Shown here piece by piece: positions 40,474 to 55,081 of a DNA stretch of 64,000 nucleotides. The notes below the pieces were generated by a model. It saw nothing but the letters and a program-made list of their open reading frames with translations, ran no database searches and was not told where the DNA came from. Source of the DNA: Octopus vulgaris. Taxonomy: Eukaryota. Numbering within the stretch: the first letter of the stretch is position 1; each line of letters begins with the position of its first letter. The DNA lies in the NCBI GenBank assembly GCA_951406725.2, contig OX597814.1, forward strand, positions 193,564,001 to 193,628,000. Reading direction: 5' to 3'. Made by a program: the position numbers and the translations under genes.

Positions 40474-40807
40474 AGACCCCCTTCGGTCAGGCACTGACCA
40501 TGGGTTTGCACCTAGAGAGATACCCTCTGAGGCACAAGTCTGGGCAAGGTTGTTTTATGGAAGACCAGCAGTCGCCCATGCATACCGGCCTCCCCTCTCC
40601 ACGTCACCGATGTTGTCCAAGGGAAAGGCAAAGGTCGATACAGCTTGGCACCAGTGACGTCGCAACTCATTTCTACAGCTGAGTGAACTGGAGCAACGTG
40701 AAATAAAGTGCCTTGCTCATGAACACAACACGCAGCCCGGTCCGGGATTCGAGCTCACAACCTCACGATCGTAAGCTCGACGCTCTAACCACTGAGCCAT
40801 GCGCCTT
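40474..40807 (-). mobile_element. SINE family B, full length, in (TA)n
   Basis: Reverse complement of 1699-2038. Confidence 0.88.
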
Positions 40808-41708
40808 ATATATATATATATATATATAACTTAGAATAACTTAAAAGGTTTTGGCCAGTATTGGCCATGTCTAACTTAATAGCACATATATATATATATA
40901 TAATATAGAGAGCACACACACACATACAGACGCATATATATATATATGCACATAAGCATATATATAAGCACGCTTATATGCGTATATATACATTTACATA
41001 GACAATTTATTTAAGATATCTATATTAAAGTATACATTTTATATATATATATATGTGTGTGTATATATGCATGTTTGTTTGTATGCATATATATATATAT
41101 ATATATATATATCTGCACACACACAGAGGCGTATGATGACACACACATGTACACAAATATCATTCACCAAATGATATATAAACGCAAGTACATGTACTCT
41201 TTTCTCTCGCGTGTAAACAAAAACTTGTGTGTGCGTGTGTGTGTGTGTGTGAATACATGTATGTTTTCATACGAGTGTACATATTGATACATACATACAT
41301 AGCATAACTGAATGAGCGCGTGGGTGTACGAATACTTGTGGATATGTAGGAGTATGTATGGAGAGACGCTTGTATGGGAGAATGCGTTTCTGGATATTAT
41401 GTAATATACGCGGTTCAAATTTCCTTGTTACTTTCACAAAACGTAGAATATTGGCAAAATTTGGGACCGGCTTTGTTATGTAAATTTATACTGTTATAAT
41501 ATTATGGCTGACTTTTTGAAGAGCGTTCGTACATATATATATATATATATGTATGTATATGTATGTATGTATGTATGTATGAATGTATGTATGTATGTAT
41601 GTATGTATGTATGTATGTATGTATGTATGCATGTATGTTTGTATGTCTATGTATATAATATATATATACATTGTATATGTGGATTAGTATTATAACACAT
41701 CCTTTTGA

Positions 41709-41759
<51 letters not shown>

Positions 41760-41762
<3 letters not shown>

Positions 41763-42055
41763 AATCCAAACGGGAAACAAAAAAACAACAACAATGGAAC
41801 AATTACAGTATTATTATTAATAGGCGCTCAGGAAATGGAAGCAGGGAGGTATGACGTTTCGAGCGGAGCTCTTCGTCGGAAACATAAAGAAGGAAGAGAG
41901 AGGAAAGAAAGATCCCAGAGCGGGCAACGGAGATAGAGAAAAAAACGACTGGTGTTAGGAGTTACACATGGTGAAAGGCGGATGTTTACGATAACAAGAG
42001 CAAAGTGGGTTTTTAAAGGCAAAAGAGTGGAGACAAGGTTGGTAACGCAACAGAT
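41760..42055 (-). mobile_element. Family P1 element, longer variant
   Basis: gtttccgacgaagagctccgctcgaaacgtcatac on the minus strand; TA/TG flanks. Confidence 0.75.
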
Positions 42056-42244
42056 GTGTGTGTATGTGTGAGTGTGTGCGTGTGCGTGTGTGTATGTGTG
42101 TGTGTGAGGCGAGATAAAAAAACAAAAAATATATGTATGTGTTAGTGTGTGCGTCTGTGTGTAGGCGTGTGAGGTAGGGCGATATGTATGTATCTATGTA
42201 TCTATGTATGTATGTATGTATATATGTATATATTTATCTATCAA

Positions 42245-42281
<37 letters not shown>

Positions 42282-42296
42282 CTATCTGTCTGTCTA

Positions 42297-42332
<36 letters not shown>

Positions 42333-42567
42333 CAAGTATGCATATATATATATATATAAATGTGTGTGTGTGTCTAGTCATATCTGCTCAAACGTTTACA
42401 TACATTCATATATGTGTAGGTGGGTATTCATGTATGCACACACCCACCCACCCACACACACACACACACACGCATACACACATATATATAAATATATAAA
42501 TGTATGTATGTATGTGTGTATATGCATGAATGTATGCATGCGCGCTCACATGCGTGTATGTGCACTG

Positions 42568-42604
<37 letters not shown>

Positions 42605-42757
42605 ACGTCAAGGGACGTTTTCTGTTTTTTTAAAGCCCGCCCTAACTTTTAACACTAAAATAAAATATTTCTCTCTCACGGATACAATGCATTCTTTTAT
42701 TTTAAAGAAAACTCTCAATAAGACAGAACAGCAAATCACAAAAAGTATAATACACAC

Positions 42758-42821
<64 letters not shown>

Positions 42822-42823
<2 letters not shown>

Positions 42824-43189
42824 GGCAGTTTGTCTGTGCGTGTTTCTGTGTGTCTGTTTGCTTGTACCCTCACCCTGACCACGGCTTTCAACCGATTCTG
42901 ATGAAACTTGACACACACATAGCCCAATGTCATAATTCAAAACTAACGCAGCGAAAATTTTGAAAAGTTCCCCCAGTTCTGAAAAAAATCGATAAATTCG
43001 ACATGGGGTCGAGAATCAGGAATACGAACCACAAACTGTCTAGGGGACGCAACTCTACCTTTTTTAAATCTCAAAAAAAATTTACCATCATTTTTTCCAT
43101 TTTTTTGCTATTTTTTGGCTATAACTCTCTAAAAATGCTTTATAGTTATTTCCCTTACAAACCTGAGCAACGCCGGGCGATACTGCTAG
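42822..43189 (+). mobile_element. Non-autonomous Helitron
   Basis: 3' hairpin cctgagcaacgccggg, then CTAG|T at 43186-43190. The 3' end is shared with 63514-63911; the 5' end is lost in (TA)n. Confidence 0.75.
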
Positions 43190-43202
43190 TATACACATAC
43201 AT

Positions 43203-43353
43203 ATAAGATTTTTTTGCGTAATAAGATAAAATACTAAGGCTGTATAGATATTAGACTATAATATATATCTATAAATGCTCTAATATCTATACAGCCTTGG
43301 TTTTTTTTATCTTATTACGCAAAAAATTCTTATATACACACGCTGACACAGAA
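43203..43353. repeat. ~130-bp fold-back palindrome; inverted second copy at 43869-44020
   Basis: ataaga.ttttttgcgtaataaga..aaggctgtatagatattaga / tctaatatctatacagcctt..tcttattacgcaaaaaattcttat. Confidence 0.85.
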
Positions 43354-43514
43354 CCAACGTTGAACCCTTTATTCGCAGTATAACCGAATCTGGAACTTAA
43401 CTATGGTCTGTCTATAGCACTTATTCAGCATTACCTGACACTGTTGGGTCTCAATGACACCATTATCTCTTATAACCTCAAATTCTCGCTATTATATATA
43501 TATATATATTCATT

Positions 43515-44200
43515 TATTTTTTCAGTCATTTGACTGCGGCCATGCTGCAACACCGCCTTTAGTCGTGCAAATCGACCCCAGGATTTATTCTTTGTAAGCC
43601 TAGTACTTATTCTATCGGTGTCTTTTGTCGAACCGCTAAGTTACGGTGATGTAAATACACCAGCATCGGTTGTCAAGCGATGTTGGGGGGACGAACACAG
43701 ACACACAAACATATACATACATACATACATGCATACATACATACATGCATACATACATACATACATACATACATACATACATACATACATACATACATAC
43801 ATACATACATACATACATGCTTGCTTACAGACATGCTTGCTTACAGACATATATATATATATATATATGTTCTATGTCAGCGTGTGTATATAAGAATTTT
43901 TTGCGTAATAAGAAAAAAAACCAAGGCTGTATAGATATTAGAACATTTATAGATAGATATTATACTCTAATATTTATACAGCCTGGGTATTTTATCTTAT
44001 TACGCAAAAAATTCTTATATATATATGTATATATATATATGAAAGACGGACTTCTTTCAGTTTCCGTCAGCCAATTCCACTCATAAGGCTTTGGTTGGTC
44101 TGAGGCTATAGCAGAAGACACTTTCTCAAGATGCCACGCAATGGGACTGAACCCTGAGCCCTGTGGTTGGTAAGCAAGCTACTTACCACACAGCCACTTC
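43515..44200 (-). mobile_element. SINE family A with the palindromic insert in its microsatellite
   Basis: Tail 43515-43710, head 44045-44200. Confidence 0.8.
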
Positions 44201-44623
44201 ATAGTGAGGATTGTGCGAACTGAAGGAGGTGAGAAGAATATGGGCAAAGAAGACGAAAGAAAAAAAGGAACGAATGAAAGGACAATATATAAATATATAT
44301 ATATACAGGATAATAAAAACGATTGTTTTATTATTTATGTATTTAAGATGTAAAATGATAAAAGAAATAGATTAGTATCATTGCAGTTTGGGATTTATGA
44401 AATATGGTCTGTAAATCTGTGTGATTCTTGTGCACTATTGTACATTTAATATACGTATCGCATTATTTTGGTATATTTATGTGTATTTTATGAAGTTTGT
44501 ATGTTCGTGTCTGATTAGACTGCATGTATCCATACACACGCACGCATTCATCTATCAATACATTTAAAAGTATTTACATATTATACACACTTACACATAT
44601 AATCCGAAACTTAGAATTTATAA

Positions 44624-45054
<431 letters not shown>

Positions 45055-45295
45055 TCTTATATTTCGGGGCGGTCATTTTTTTCTTACCAAATAAGCACAC
45101 GCACTATATATTCGTTCTTCACTCGCTTGCTATTGTTCTTATTTTATCTTATGTCCATTGTCTGGAAATCTTTCTTCACAAATCCGTGACCTCTTCAGCG
45201 AATCTTCCATCCCAAATGTCTTCTCTTATTATATTTAGTCCATTCTCAGAGAATGGACTAAATAGAACAGGAGGAGACCATCCCGAAATATAACA
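45055..45295. mobile_element. TA-adjacent fragment with inverted ends, an internal palindrome and a degenerate hammerhead
   Basis: ttatatttcggggcggtc / gaccatcccgaaatataa; palindrome at 45232-45264; minus strand ctgaaga-ggtcac..gtga-agaaa. Confidence 0.5.
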
Positions 45296-45349
45296 AAATC
45301 TGTTTCAACACACCATTTCACATTCATAAGCATAACGTATATATATATG

Positions 45350-45410
<61 letters not shown>

Positions 45411-45541
45411 ATAAAAATGGTAAGACAACAAAAGAAAGTAAGACAACAAAAGAAAGAAAGAGACCTTGATATTATGTAAATAGAGGAATTTATCTGTAAA
45501 TGTAATATGGCTACCGAATAATTGTCACATATTACATTTAT

Positions 45542-45572
<31 letters not shown>

Positions 45573-46608
45573 CACACATACAGAGAGAGAGAGAGAGAGA
45601 GTAGGGAGCTGCGATAGTAAATTACACGAATGTTAACACACGTCTTCCATGCTTTCGACGAGCAGGAAAAAAGTAGGGAAAATTACTGACGGACCGTTTC
45701 AACATGTTAACTGCTCCTCAGATTTTTCCCCACCCAAATCAAAAGCACAGAAAACTCAAATAACCTTTGTGATGTCCTTTAAATATTAAACGGAAGTAGG
45801 CTCTGAAGGAACTTTGGCAGACTCCGACGGGATCTATTTGCCAAGAAAAAATGTATCTTAGCAGTTTTCCATGGTCTTCAATGCTGGGTAGTCTTTTAAC
45901 AGATTGCTATGATTCAGTCAAAGACCTTGTTTAAGTCAAACTACATGACATCTTTCTGTGGTGCCTTTTGGGGATTGATGCCTTCCAGTAAATCATGGTC
46001 TCACTACCCTCTCAAATACTTTAAAACTAGAATCGATAAATGAAATTGGACGATAATTTACAGCAAACGACTTGTTCAACGTTTCGAAAACTGGGTTGAC
46101 AGGCTAAGATAGAAAATATGTAGTTATATAACCTGCTTGAAGAGAATTTCCCCAAAGATTAACAAGCAGAGATTCAAATTAATGTCAGCACTCTCTCAGA
46201 CAGTAGCGGGGAAACTATCATGGCTCACTGCTGAGTTGTGTTTAATGTGAAGTCTGGAGCACCGAATCTTATGTCAGGGCATCGAAACTAAGTCAACCAC
46301 ATCGAAATCACTGAAACCAAATTACTATTGCTACCGTAGAATATACTTCATTTCTTTGGCATCGTTTAGAGGATGTTATTTACATCAATCAGTGAATAAA
46401 TGGATGAAATAGCACTCTTAAGCCTAGTGACAATTAAGTAAAACGTTTTGAAGTTTCCTCTAATTTTCTTCATATCCCAGTCTTCCCCAGCGGCACTTTC
46501 ACTATTAATGATTGGTCTCATACTGTTCTGGAGACGATATTTTATTATTCAATTATTGATATTGCTATCGAAAGAGGCTGTTGCTGTTGGCAGTATTTTA
46601 ATTGATTT

Positions 46609-47421
46609 AAGGCGGTGAGCTGGCAGAATGGTTAGCATAACGGGTGGAAATGCTCAGCGGTATTTCGTCACGTTCTGAATACAAATTTCGCCGAGGTCGA
46701 CTTTCCCTTTCATCCTTTCGGAGTCAATAAAATAAGTACCAGTTGATCACTGAGGTCGATGTATTCCATTTACCCCCTCTCCCGACCTTGCTGGCTTTGT
46801 ACCAATATTTGAAACCAATATTTATTTCTTTAGTGCCCACAGGGGGCTAAACATAGAGGGGACAAACAAGGACAGACAAAGGGATTAAGTAGATTATATC
46901 GACCCCAGTGCGTAACTGGTACTTATTTAATCGATCCCGAAAGGATGAAAGGCAAAGTTGACCTCGGCGGAATTTGAACTCAGAACGTAACGGCAGACGA
47001 AATACCTATTTCTTTATTATCCACAAGGGGCCAAACACAGAGAGGACAAACAAGGACAGACAAACGGATTAAGTCGATTATATCGATACCAGTGTGTAAC
47101 TGGTACTTATTTAATCGACCCCGAAAGGATGAAAGGCAAAGTCGACCTCGGCGGAATTTGAACTCAGAATATAATGGCAGACGAAATACCTGTTTCTTTA
47201 CTACCCACAAGGGGCCAAACACAGAGAGGACAAACAAGGACAGACAAACGGATTAAGTCAATTACATCGACCCCAGTGCGTAACTGGTACTTATTTAATC
47301 GACCTCGAAAGGGTGAAAGGCAAAATCTACCTCGGCGGAAGTTGAACTCAGAACGTAACGGCAGACGAAATACCGCTAGGCATTTCGCCCGGCGTGCTAA
47401 CAATTCTGCCAGCACACCGCC
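46609..47421. mobile_element. SINE C (+, 46609-46820) tail-to-tail with a SINE C trimer (-, 46823-47421)
   Basis: One head followed by three ~183-bp bodies joined at gaaa(t/c)aggtatttcgtctgcc. Confidence 0.85.
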
Positions 47422-48002
47422 AATATTTGAAGCCAATATTTTAGATGATTGATTTACTGTTTTATATTTTTCTAATTGGGATTGTTGTCTCTCTTATAAG
47501 CCTGCATCTTTCACGAGTCATGATGGGGTATGGTTTGAGCATATCTTGGTAACAGAACTCTCAAATAACTACCAAGACACTTTGAAGTCTACGGAAGTGA
47601 TTGTGTTACGTATAAGTACGCACACTAGTTTACATTATGCAGGTTCATATTGTCAAACAGGTTCAACTGGGATGAATATGATTGATTTAATATTTGAATG
47701 TTGAAACTAAAGCTACAAAGTGTCCTGTCATGCCGAGGGAGATATTTTGCTTGCCAACTGCAATATCATGGATTTTGCTAGCGTGGTTACTTAAATCTAA
47801 CTCCAAAACACTTTGATGGCGCTTCATTAAGGCAGAAAAATCGCCCATAAATTTAAGAAGTGACTCTGTTGCCTTGTTTGAAGTTGAAATGTAAATAACT
47901 GGTTTCAAATTATTTGTAGACCAGTGCACACAGGAACACGTATGACAATCATCGTACGTGTATGTGTGCGTATTAAACGGCATTATAAATAAGTTAATGC
48001 AA

Positions 48003-48067
48003 ACACAAATACACACACACACATACACACACACATACACACACACACACATACACACACATACACA

Positions 48068-48132
<65 letters not shown>

Positions 48133-48231
48133 ACACACATACACACATACATACACATACACACACACATATACACACACACATACACACACATATACAC
48201 ACACACATACACACACACACACACATACACA

Positions 48232-48292
<61 letters not shown>

Positions 48293-48369
48293 ACACACAC
48301 ACACACACATACACACACACATACACACACATACACACACATACACACACATACACACACACATATACA

Positions 48370-48401
<32 letters not shown>

Positions 48402-48431
48402 TACACACACACACATACACACACATATACA

Positions 48432-48486
<55 letters not shown>

Positions 48487-48570
48487 ACACACACACATAT
48501 ACACACACATACACACACACATATACACACACATATACACACACATACACACACACATACACGCACACAC
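48003..48570. repeat. (CA)n/(CACACACATA)n microsatellite
   Basis: Read directly; explains the 190-305 aa poly-CV/HT ORFs. Confidence 0.97.
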
Positions 48571-49329
48571 AGAGTGTGATCTGAATATGTCGAGCTAATG
48601 ACAATATATTCCTATATTTAAATCATTCGCGAGCGTGTGTGTATGATGCGTGTATGCGATCCGCTGCAAGCAGTTGTGTGTGTGTGCGTGCGTGTGCGCG
48701 TTATATTTGACGTTAATAGTCCGAAGAATTATTATCTTGATTGCTAGTTTCAGTCTTTGATCACCTGCTATGTTAGAAGGTTAAATGGTAGAGAGAATGA
48801 TATATCACCCAAGGTAAAGACCATTTCAGAGGGCTTTTCACACTCCAGATCATTATTTAACGTAGAGGCTGACAGCTCCAGCTGACAAGTTGTGATTAAT
48901 AACTAAAATGTTATTGAATATTACTTCTTTGTTATATCTATCAATCCATTTAATTAGGCCAATTAATATTATAATGATAATAGTATGAAGTTAGAAATGT
49001 TGATGGATGAGACAAGCTAGTTTTCACTGAATTGAAGAGTCATGCCCTATGTAAACTTAGCAGGTAAATATGACAGTTTAGTTCAAACACAAATGCTGGG
49101 TGATACACATTAAATATAAATGATCCGTGAAGTAACCTATTTAATCAACTACGCAATTATTCAGTGAGATATTCAGCCTCATTTCAAACGTATTCAGTTG
49201 TAGAGAAATTACGTTAAGAAAACTAGACAGTTTCGGTCCCAAATACTCTTCAGCTGTTTATCAGCAGGCCTGAGTTTTCCTCTCTTGTCTCGTTCTCGCT
49301 ACTAAAACTGGTTCTGCCCCTTTAAAGGT

Positions 49330-49625
49330 ATTTGTTTGTTCCTTCTCGAGCCATGCCTGGGTCATAAAGGGCTGGTTTCCCGGTTTCCTTGGCGTATAGG
49401 TTCCACACCTGGACAGGATGCTGGTCCGTCGCAGGTGAGCTGCAAGATGCAGGAGGAAAGAGTGAGATGAAGTTGTGGCGAAAGAGTCAGCAGAAGTTCG
49501 CCATTACCTTTTGCCGGAGCTGCGTGGAGCTTAGGTGTTTCTCTCATCGTCCGGTCTGAGATTTGAACCCGCGATCCCTCGACCGCGAGTCCGCTGCTCT
49601 AACCACTAGGCCATGTGCCTCCACA
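49330..49625 (-). mobile_element. tRNA-headed SINE family D; partial plus-strand copy at 50287-50461
   Basis: ggcacatggcctagtggttagagcagcggactcgcggtcgagggatcgcgggttcaaatc is a clear tRNA-like head. Confidence 0.8.
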
Positions 49626-49662
49626 TTTTGAAAGTATTTACATGCTATTAAAGGTGCTAAAT

Positions 49663-49980
49663 GAGGCGACGAACTGGCAGATACGTTAGCGCACCGGGCG
49701 AAATGATAGCGGTATTTCATCTGCCGTTATGTTCTGGTTTAAATTCCGCCGAGGTCCACTTTGCTTTTCATCGTTTCAGGGTCGATTAAATATGTACCAG
49801 TTACGCACTGGGGTCGATGTAATCGACTTAATCGTGTGTCTGTCCTTGTTTGTTCCCTCTATGCTTAGCCCCTTGTGGGTAGTAAAGAAATAGGTTCTGT
49901 GAGGTTAACTTTCATCCCTTTGAGGTCGATAAAATAAAATAGCAGTCAAGTACCGGAGTTGATGTAATCGACTTATCTCC
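49663..49980 (+). mobile_element. SINE family C followed by a degenerate second body
   Basis: Ends ...gtagtaaagaaatagg, then gaggttaactttcatccctttgaggtcgataaaa. Confidence 0.75.
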
Positions 49981-50689
49981 ATCTCCGCAGCGTCCATCCA
50001 GAGAAAATGTGATCTTAGTCTCTTATACGCCACAGGGACAGAATAATCGACCTTATGAGTCCTAGGGATCAAGAAAAATAATTTTAAAAAAAGTACTAAT
50101 AATTAATTGGGGAAATTTTAAACTATCATTTTAAAAATAAAAGATTAAAAGCGTTCTTTCTCCACTCAGACTATTCTTTTTTAACTCTCAGATCCTGCGC
50201 TAACCACCTCGCTTTGTCTGTCTTCTCATGATTGCAATTCTCTAAGAGAATTTAGTACCTATAATAGCATATAAATGCCTTCAAAATGTGGAGGCACATG
50301 GCCTAGTAGTTAGAGCAGCGGATTCGCGGTTGAGGGATCGCGAGTTCGAATCTCAGACCGAGCGATATGTGTGTTTATGAGCGAAACACCTAAGCTCCAC
50401 GCGGCTCCAGCAGAAGGTAATGGCGAACTTCTGCTGACTCTTTCGCCACAACTTTCTCTCACAAACCCAGTCATACAAACTCAGACTAATAGCAGTCCAA
50501 GATGAACACAGTCCATCTCTTTCTCACCAGTCTGGAAGTGCCTGAAGATATTGTGAACACTTCCCCTCTTTGTTTGATTAATTTTCTTTAAAAAAATTCT
50601 TAGCGACCATATTACTTGTAAAATGTTTAAAGTATTTAAACAGATATTATTCAAAATCTCATCGGTTATATTTTAGTCCTATTCCCAGT

Positions 50690-51050
50690 ATCACTCTATC
50701 GACCAGACTATCAGATGTTGTTATACATCGCTGGTCACAATGCGCTATCAATTCTGTCTTGGTTGCCTAATTTTGTTCCATCTTGACCCAAATTTCTTGA
50801 CTAAATCGTCTTCCCATCGTCGTGGAGGCCTTCAAAGTAGTCTTTCCCGATCTCTTAGATACCATCAGGCAACTGCACGGGTCCATCTGTTGTCGGTGAA
50901 CCTTGCAACATGTCCGGCTTCTTAGAAATTATGCCTTTGGTATTCTGCGATCCACATCGTCCGCTCCGTTCTTTAATTATCTCATTTCGAACATGTTCTC
51001 GTCAGGATAATCCTAGTATAAATCTTTCTATGGCTCTTCGATGTTCCATC
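50690..51050 (-). mobile_element. RTE-clade LINE 3' fossil
   Basis: RAIERFILGLS*REHVRNEII..AGHVARFTDNRWTRAVA*WY..RPPRRWEDD. Confidence 0.8.
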
Positions 51051-51092
51051 CTCTTCATAGCAGACTAGACTTTTACTCCAGTTAATATTTTA

Positions 51093-51260
51093 AGGGGCTA
51101 AACATAGAGGGCACAAACAAGGACAGACACACGGATTAAGTCGATTACATCGACCCCAGTGCGTAACTGGTACTTATTTAATGGACCCCGAAAGGATGAA
51201 AGGCAAAGTGGACCTCGGCGGAATTTGAACTCAGAATGTAACGGCAGACGAAACACGGCT
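51093..51260 (-). mobile_element. SINE family C body
   Basis: Matches 27853-28015. Confidence 0.8.
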
Positions 51261-51931
51261 AGTCACGCGATTTTTATTCTTACAATCTTCTTTCTCCCTC
51301 TCTCCGTCTCTCTCCTTTACCTCTCACTTCTAACTTAACCCACTTCAAATCACTGTGCTTCTCTCCGCTATGTTTCCCTCCAGTTGCTCTTTCTATGGTT
51401 GTTTAGTCTCAGGTCGGTTTTGATTCGGTAGACATATGACAAAAAGCTTTCCAGCCATGCCCATCACATTAGCTTTAGACACCATCTTTGTTCGATTGGA
51501 TATTTGGCTGACATTTGTATTAAGTCGAGTTGCTACGTACAGGGTCCCTCGTCTGTTCGGTTCTTTGGTTACCCCCGATCTAGCTACTGATGTCTACGTG
51601 GGGTTACCAAGTCCGGGCGTTGTTTACGAAAATTAAATATAACTATAATATGGTTGACAAAAGCACATTCAGGGCGATATAGAAACGTGTTAGGTGTGAT
51701 TGTAGGGATTCATTAAATTCAGATTTGATTATGCCCTCAGCTGCTTCAAAACAGGAAACTCCCTGAAATAAAATTTCCTCATTTTCACTGGTTTTTTTTT
51801 TTGTTTTATTTCTTTTCACGTTTTTTTCTACTTTTGCAAGAAATATACAATGTATTTCATTGAAAAAAAAATAAGGATAATTTATACTTACTCCTAAATA
51901 TTATCACTCATACGTATGTGTATGTGTGTGT

Positions 51932-52006
<75 letters not shown>

Positions 52007-52109
52007 CATACATAATACATACATACATATACTAACATATATATATGTATATATATGAGTATGTATATGCATACATACATATATATATATACATACACAC
52101 ACGCACAAA

Positions 52110-52158
<49 letters not shown>

Positions 52159-52767
52159 TATATATATGTATGTATGCATATATGTACAATTATACTGAAT
52201 CGAATAGTAGTTTATAAGATAAAAGCAGAAAAACAACTAAGTAAAACTTCAGTGGGTGGTAGAGAAATGTCAATGGTTAATAATAAGGCCACAAAAAAAC
52301 GAATTCAAAGTCAAAGGCTCCATTCAAAATAAAAATAATAATTATAAAAATGCATAAAACAGAAACGTAAAACTTGGTAATATATGACAAAATATCATGA
52401 AGTAACGGAAATTAACATGCGAATGATGCGAATAAGGCGAAAAAAATTCTAAAACAACACATCTGGTTTTTTTTGTTGTTTTTTTTGGTACAAGAAGTGC
52501 AAATCAAATTAATAAAAATACATTAATATATAGGGTGGGGATTGGGTGTATGGTAAGTAGCATGGTTACTAGTCACATGGTTCTGGGTTCAGTCCCACTG
52601 CGTGGCACCTTGGGCAAGTGTCTTTTTCTATAGCTTCGGACCGACTAAAGCTTTGTGAGTTTGTGAGTGGATTTTTGGTAGGCGGAAACTGAAAGAAGCC
52701 CGTCGTATACACACACACACGCACACACACATATATATATATTTTTTTTCTATAAGAGATATATGCT

Positions 52768-52958
52768 TAGGAGTGGCTATGTGGTAAGTAGCTTGCTTAC
52801 CAACCACGTGATTTCAAGTTCGGTTCCACAGCGTGGCACCTTGGGCAAGTGTCTTCTTCTACAATAGCCCCATGCCAAACAATGTTTTGTGAGTGAATTT
52901 GGTAGACAGAAACAGTCTATATACATACACACACACATATGCACACACACACACACAC

Positions 52959-53025
<67 letters not shown>

Positions 53026-53445
53026 GGGTAGGCTGGTTTATGGGTTTACTCTGGGTTTCTCACCCATAAGGGGTTTGGCCTTACGGCGTATCTTCATACC
53101 CCAGACACTACTGGCCTGAGGCCTGTTCCAAATATGGCGGGGAAAAGCCTCGTTTTAAAGGTAAAACTCTAGGTGTTTATCTCCCTTTGCCATTGGCCAT
53201 CGATCTCCGGCCGCGCCGCCATCTTGCAGCCACCATATATATATGGTGACCGCAAGATGGCGTGTGTGTGTACGTGTGTGCAACTTTTGATAACCGGTGA
53301 AGGTTTGTTTACTTAATAGTTTGGCAATAGATACTGATAGATGCACCAAACTGAAAAATACGTACTCTGGTCTTTTTCTTCGATCAAACACTTCAGGTCG
53401 GTGCCCCAGCATGGCCGCAATCCAATAAGTGAAACAAGTAAAATA
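52768..53445 (+). mobile_element. SINE family A split by a nested Penelope-like insert (53021-53262); a second head lies at 52535-52710
   Basis: Head 52768-52915, (CA)/(TA), insert with hammerhead variant at 53042-53102 (-), tail 53270-53445. Confidence 0.65.
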
Positions 53446-54220
53446 TAAGGGCTATTTAGAATTATGATTGAAAGACGCAGCATCGTAGTTCCCAGGAATC
53501 GATAAGCCTGGACTTCTTCCATTCGTTGCTTCCCTAGAATTCTCAAAACCACACAGCCATCCCTGCACCTCGTCGATCGTTTCTTACATAGTCAAATTAA
53601 GAAAGTATTTGGCAAACTCTTTGTGCGTCACATGCAAAATTTTGTTTTCAAGAGAAACGATTTAGAATAAACTCGGAAAAAACAAATTAAGGATAAGACC
53701 AGAAAATTTCTTAAAGCATCCAATTTTGAATTTGTTTACAAGAACTTTTATTATATTAATCTGAAACTGTACTCTCTCAAGAAGAATACCGCAGTTTTGA
53801 AGACTTTCAACATATGTATATACTTTAAGTATTTATACAGATCGCTAATTTTGGAACTTATATTGCTTCCGACACAAATAATGAATTTATGTTCCGCCGG
53901 CCACCGACATGCAACATTAATAATCTTTTTATCCCTGTTCAACTATATCAGCTAGCAACAGTTGTTTTCTTGACATGAGATGATGTAGATACTTGCTACT
54001 CAAGAAGTTAACAAGCTTATATCTAAATCCAGTAATTTCACCCCCAATGCTAGGCCTTCGCCGGCTGCAGATGTTTTTACTGTGATTTTAACACTATATG
54101 TCTCTAAGAGATTCTGTCTTAAGACGAAGACTGCAGTTTAGAATGCTTTCAACATATACATACAGGTCGCCCGTATCGTTATACCTAAGAGCCATATATA
54201 TATTTCTTTACGACCCACAA

Positions 54221-55081
54221 GGGGCTAAACACAGAGGGGACAAACAAGGACAAGCAAACGGATTAAATCGATTACATCGACCCCAGTGCGTAACTGGTAC
54301 TTATTTAATCGACCCCCGAATGGATGAAAGGCAAAGTCGACCTCGGTGGCATTTGAACTCAGAACGTAACGGCAGACGAAATACGGCTACACATTTCGCC
54401 CGGCGTGCTAACGTTTCTGCCAGCTCGCCGCCCTCAATAGCTAAGAGCCATAGTTGATATTGGTATCAACTGTTGGCAATTTCGGGTGAGGGGATAAGTC
54501 GATTACATCGATTCCCACCCCACCCGGGTTCAACTAGTGCTTATTTTATCAACCTTAACCCATTAACACCCATGGTCCTTTTTTTAGGACCAGAAGGATA
54601 ATCCATCATATTTCTGCAACACCTGTATTTTTCTGAGATATCTTTAGTCAGTCATCAAAACTGGAGTGTCTTTCAAATATTGTAATAAATTTTTTTTATA
54701 TATTTAGTATCAGATAAAGTTATATAAAAAAAGACTTTTGGTAATAAATTAAATAAAAGAAATTTGGGCACTAATAGGTTAAAAATACGAAAGGCAAAGC
54801 TTACCTCGACGGAATTTGAACTCAGAACGTAATGGCAAGACGAAATATTTATTTCTTTATTACCCACAAGGGGCTAAACACAGTGGGGACAAACAAGGAC
54901 AGACAAACGGATTAAGTCGATTATATCGACTCCAATGCGTAACTGGTACTTAATTTATCGATCCCGAAAGGATGAAAGGCAAAGTCGACCTCGGCGGAAT
55001 TTGAACTCAGAACATAACGGCAAACGAAATACGGCTACGCATTTCGCCCGGCGTGCTAACGTTTCTGCCAGCTCGCCGCCT
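54221..55081 (-). mobile_element. SINE family C cluster (monomer 54221-54432; dimer 54480-55081)
   Basis: Same cores and dimer junction as 27665-28680. Confidence 0.8.
54559..54778. mobile_element. 220-bp TTAA-flanked MITE (piggyBac-like) nested in SINE C
   Basis: TTAA at 54555-54558 and 54779-54782; imperfect TIRs cccattaacaccca / tgggcactaatagg; the SINE sequence resumes on both sides. Confidence 0.7.

Noticed and set aside
47890-47960. SWIM zinc finger or MULE remnant (CHTCSCVHW)
   Set aside because: Lacks the closing CxH and any supporting transposase sequence.
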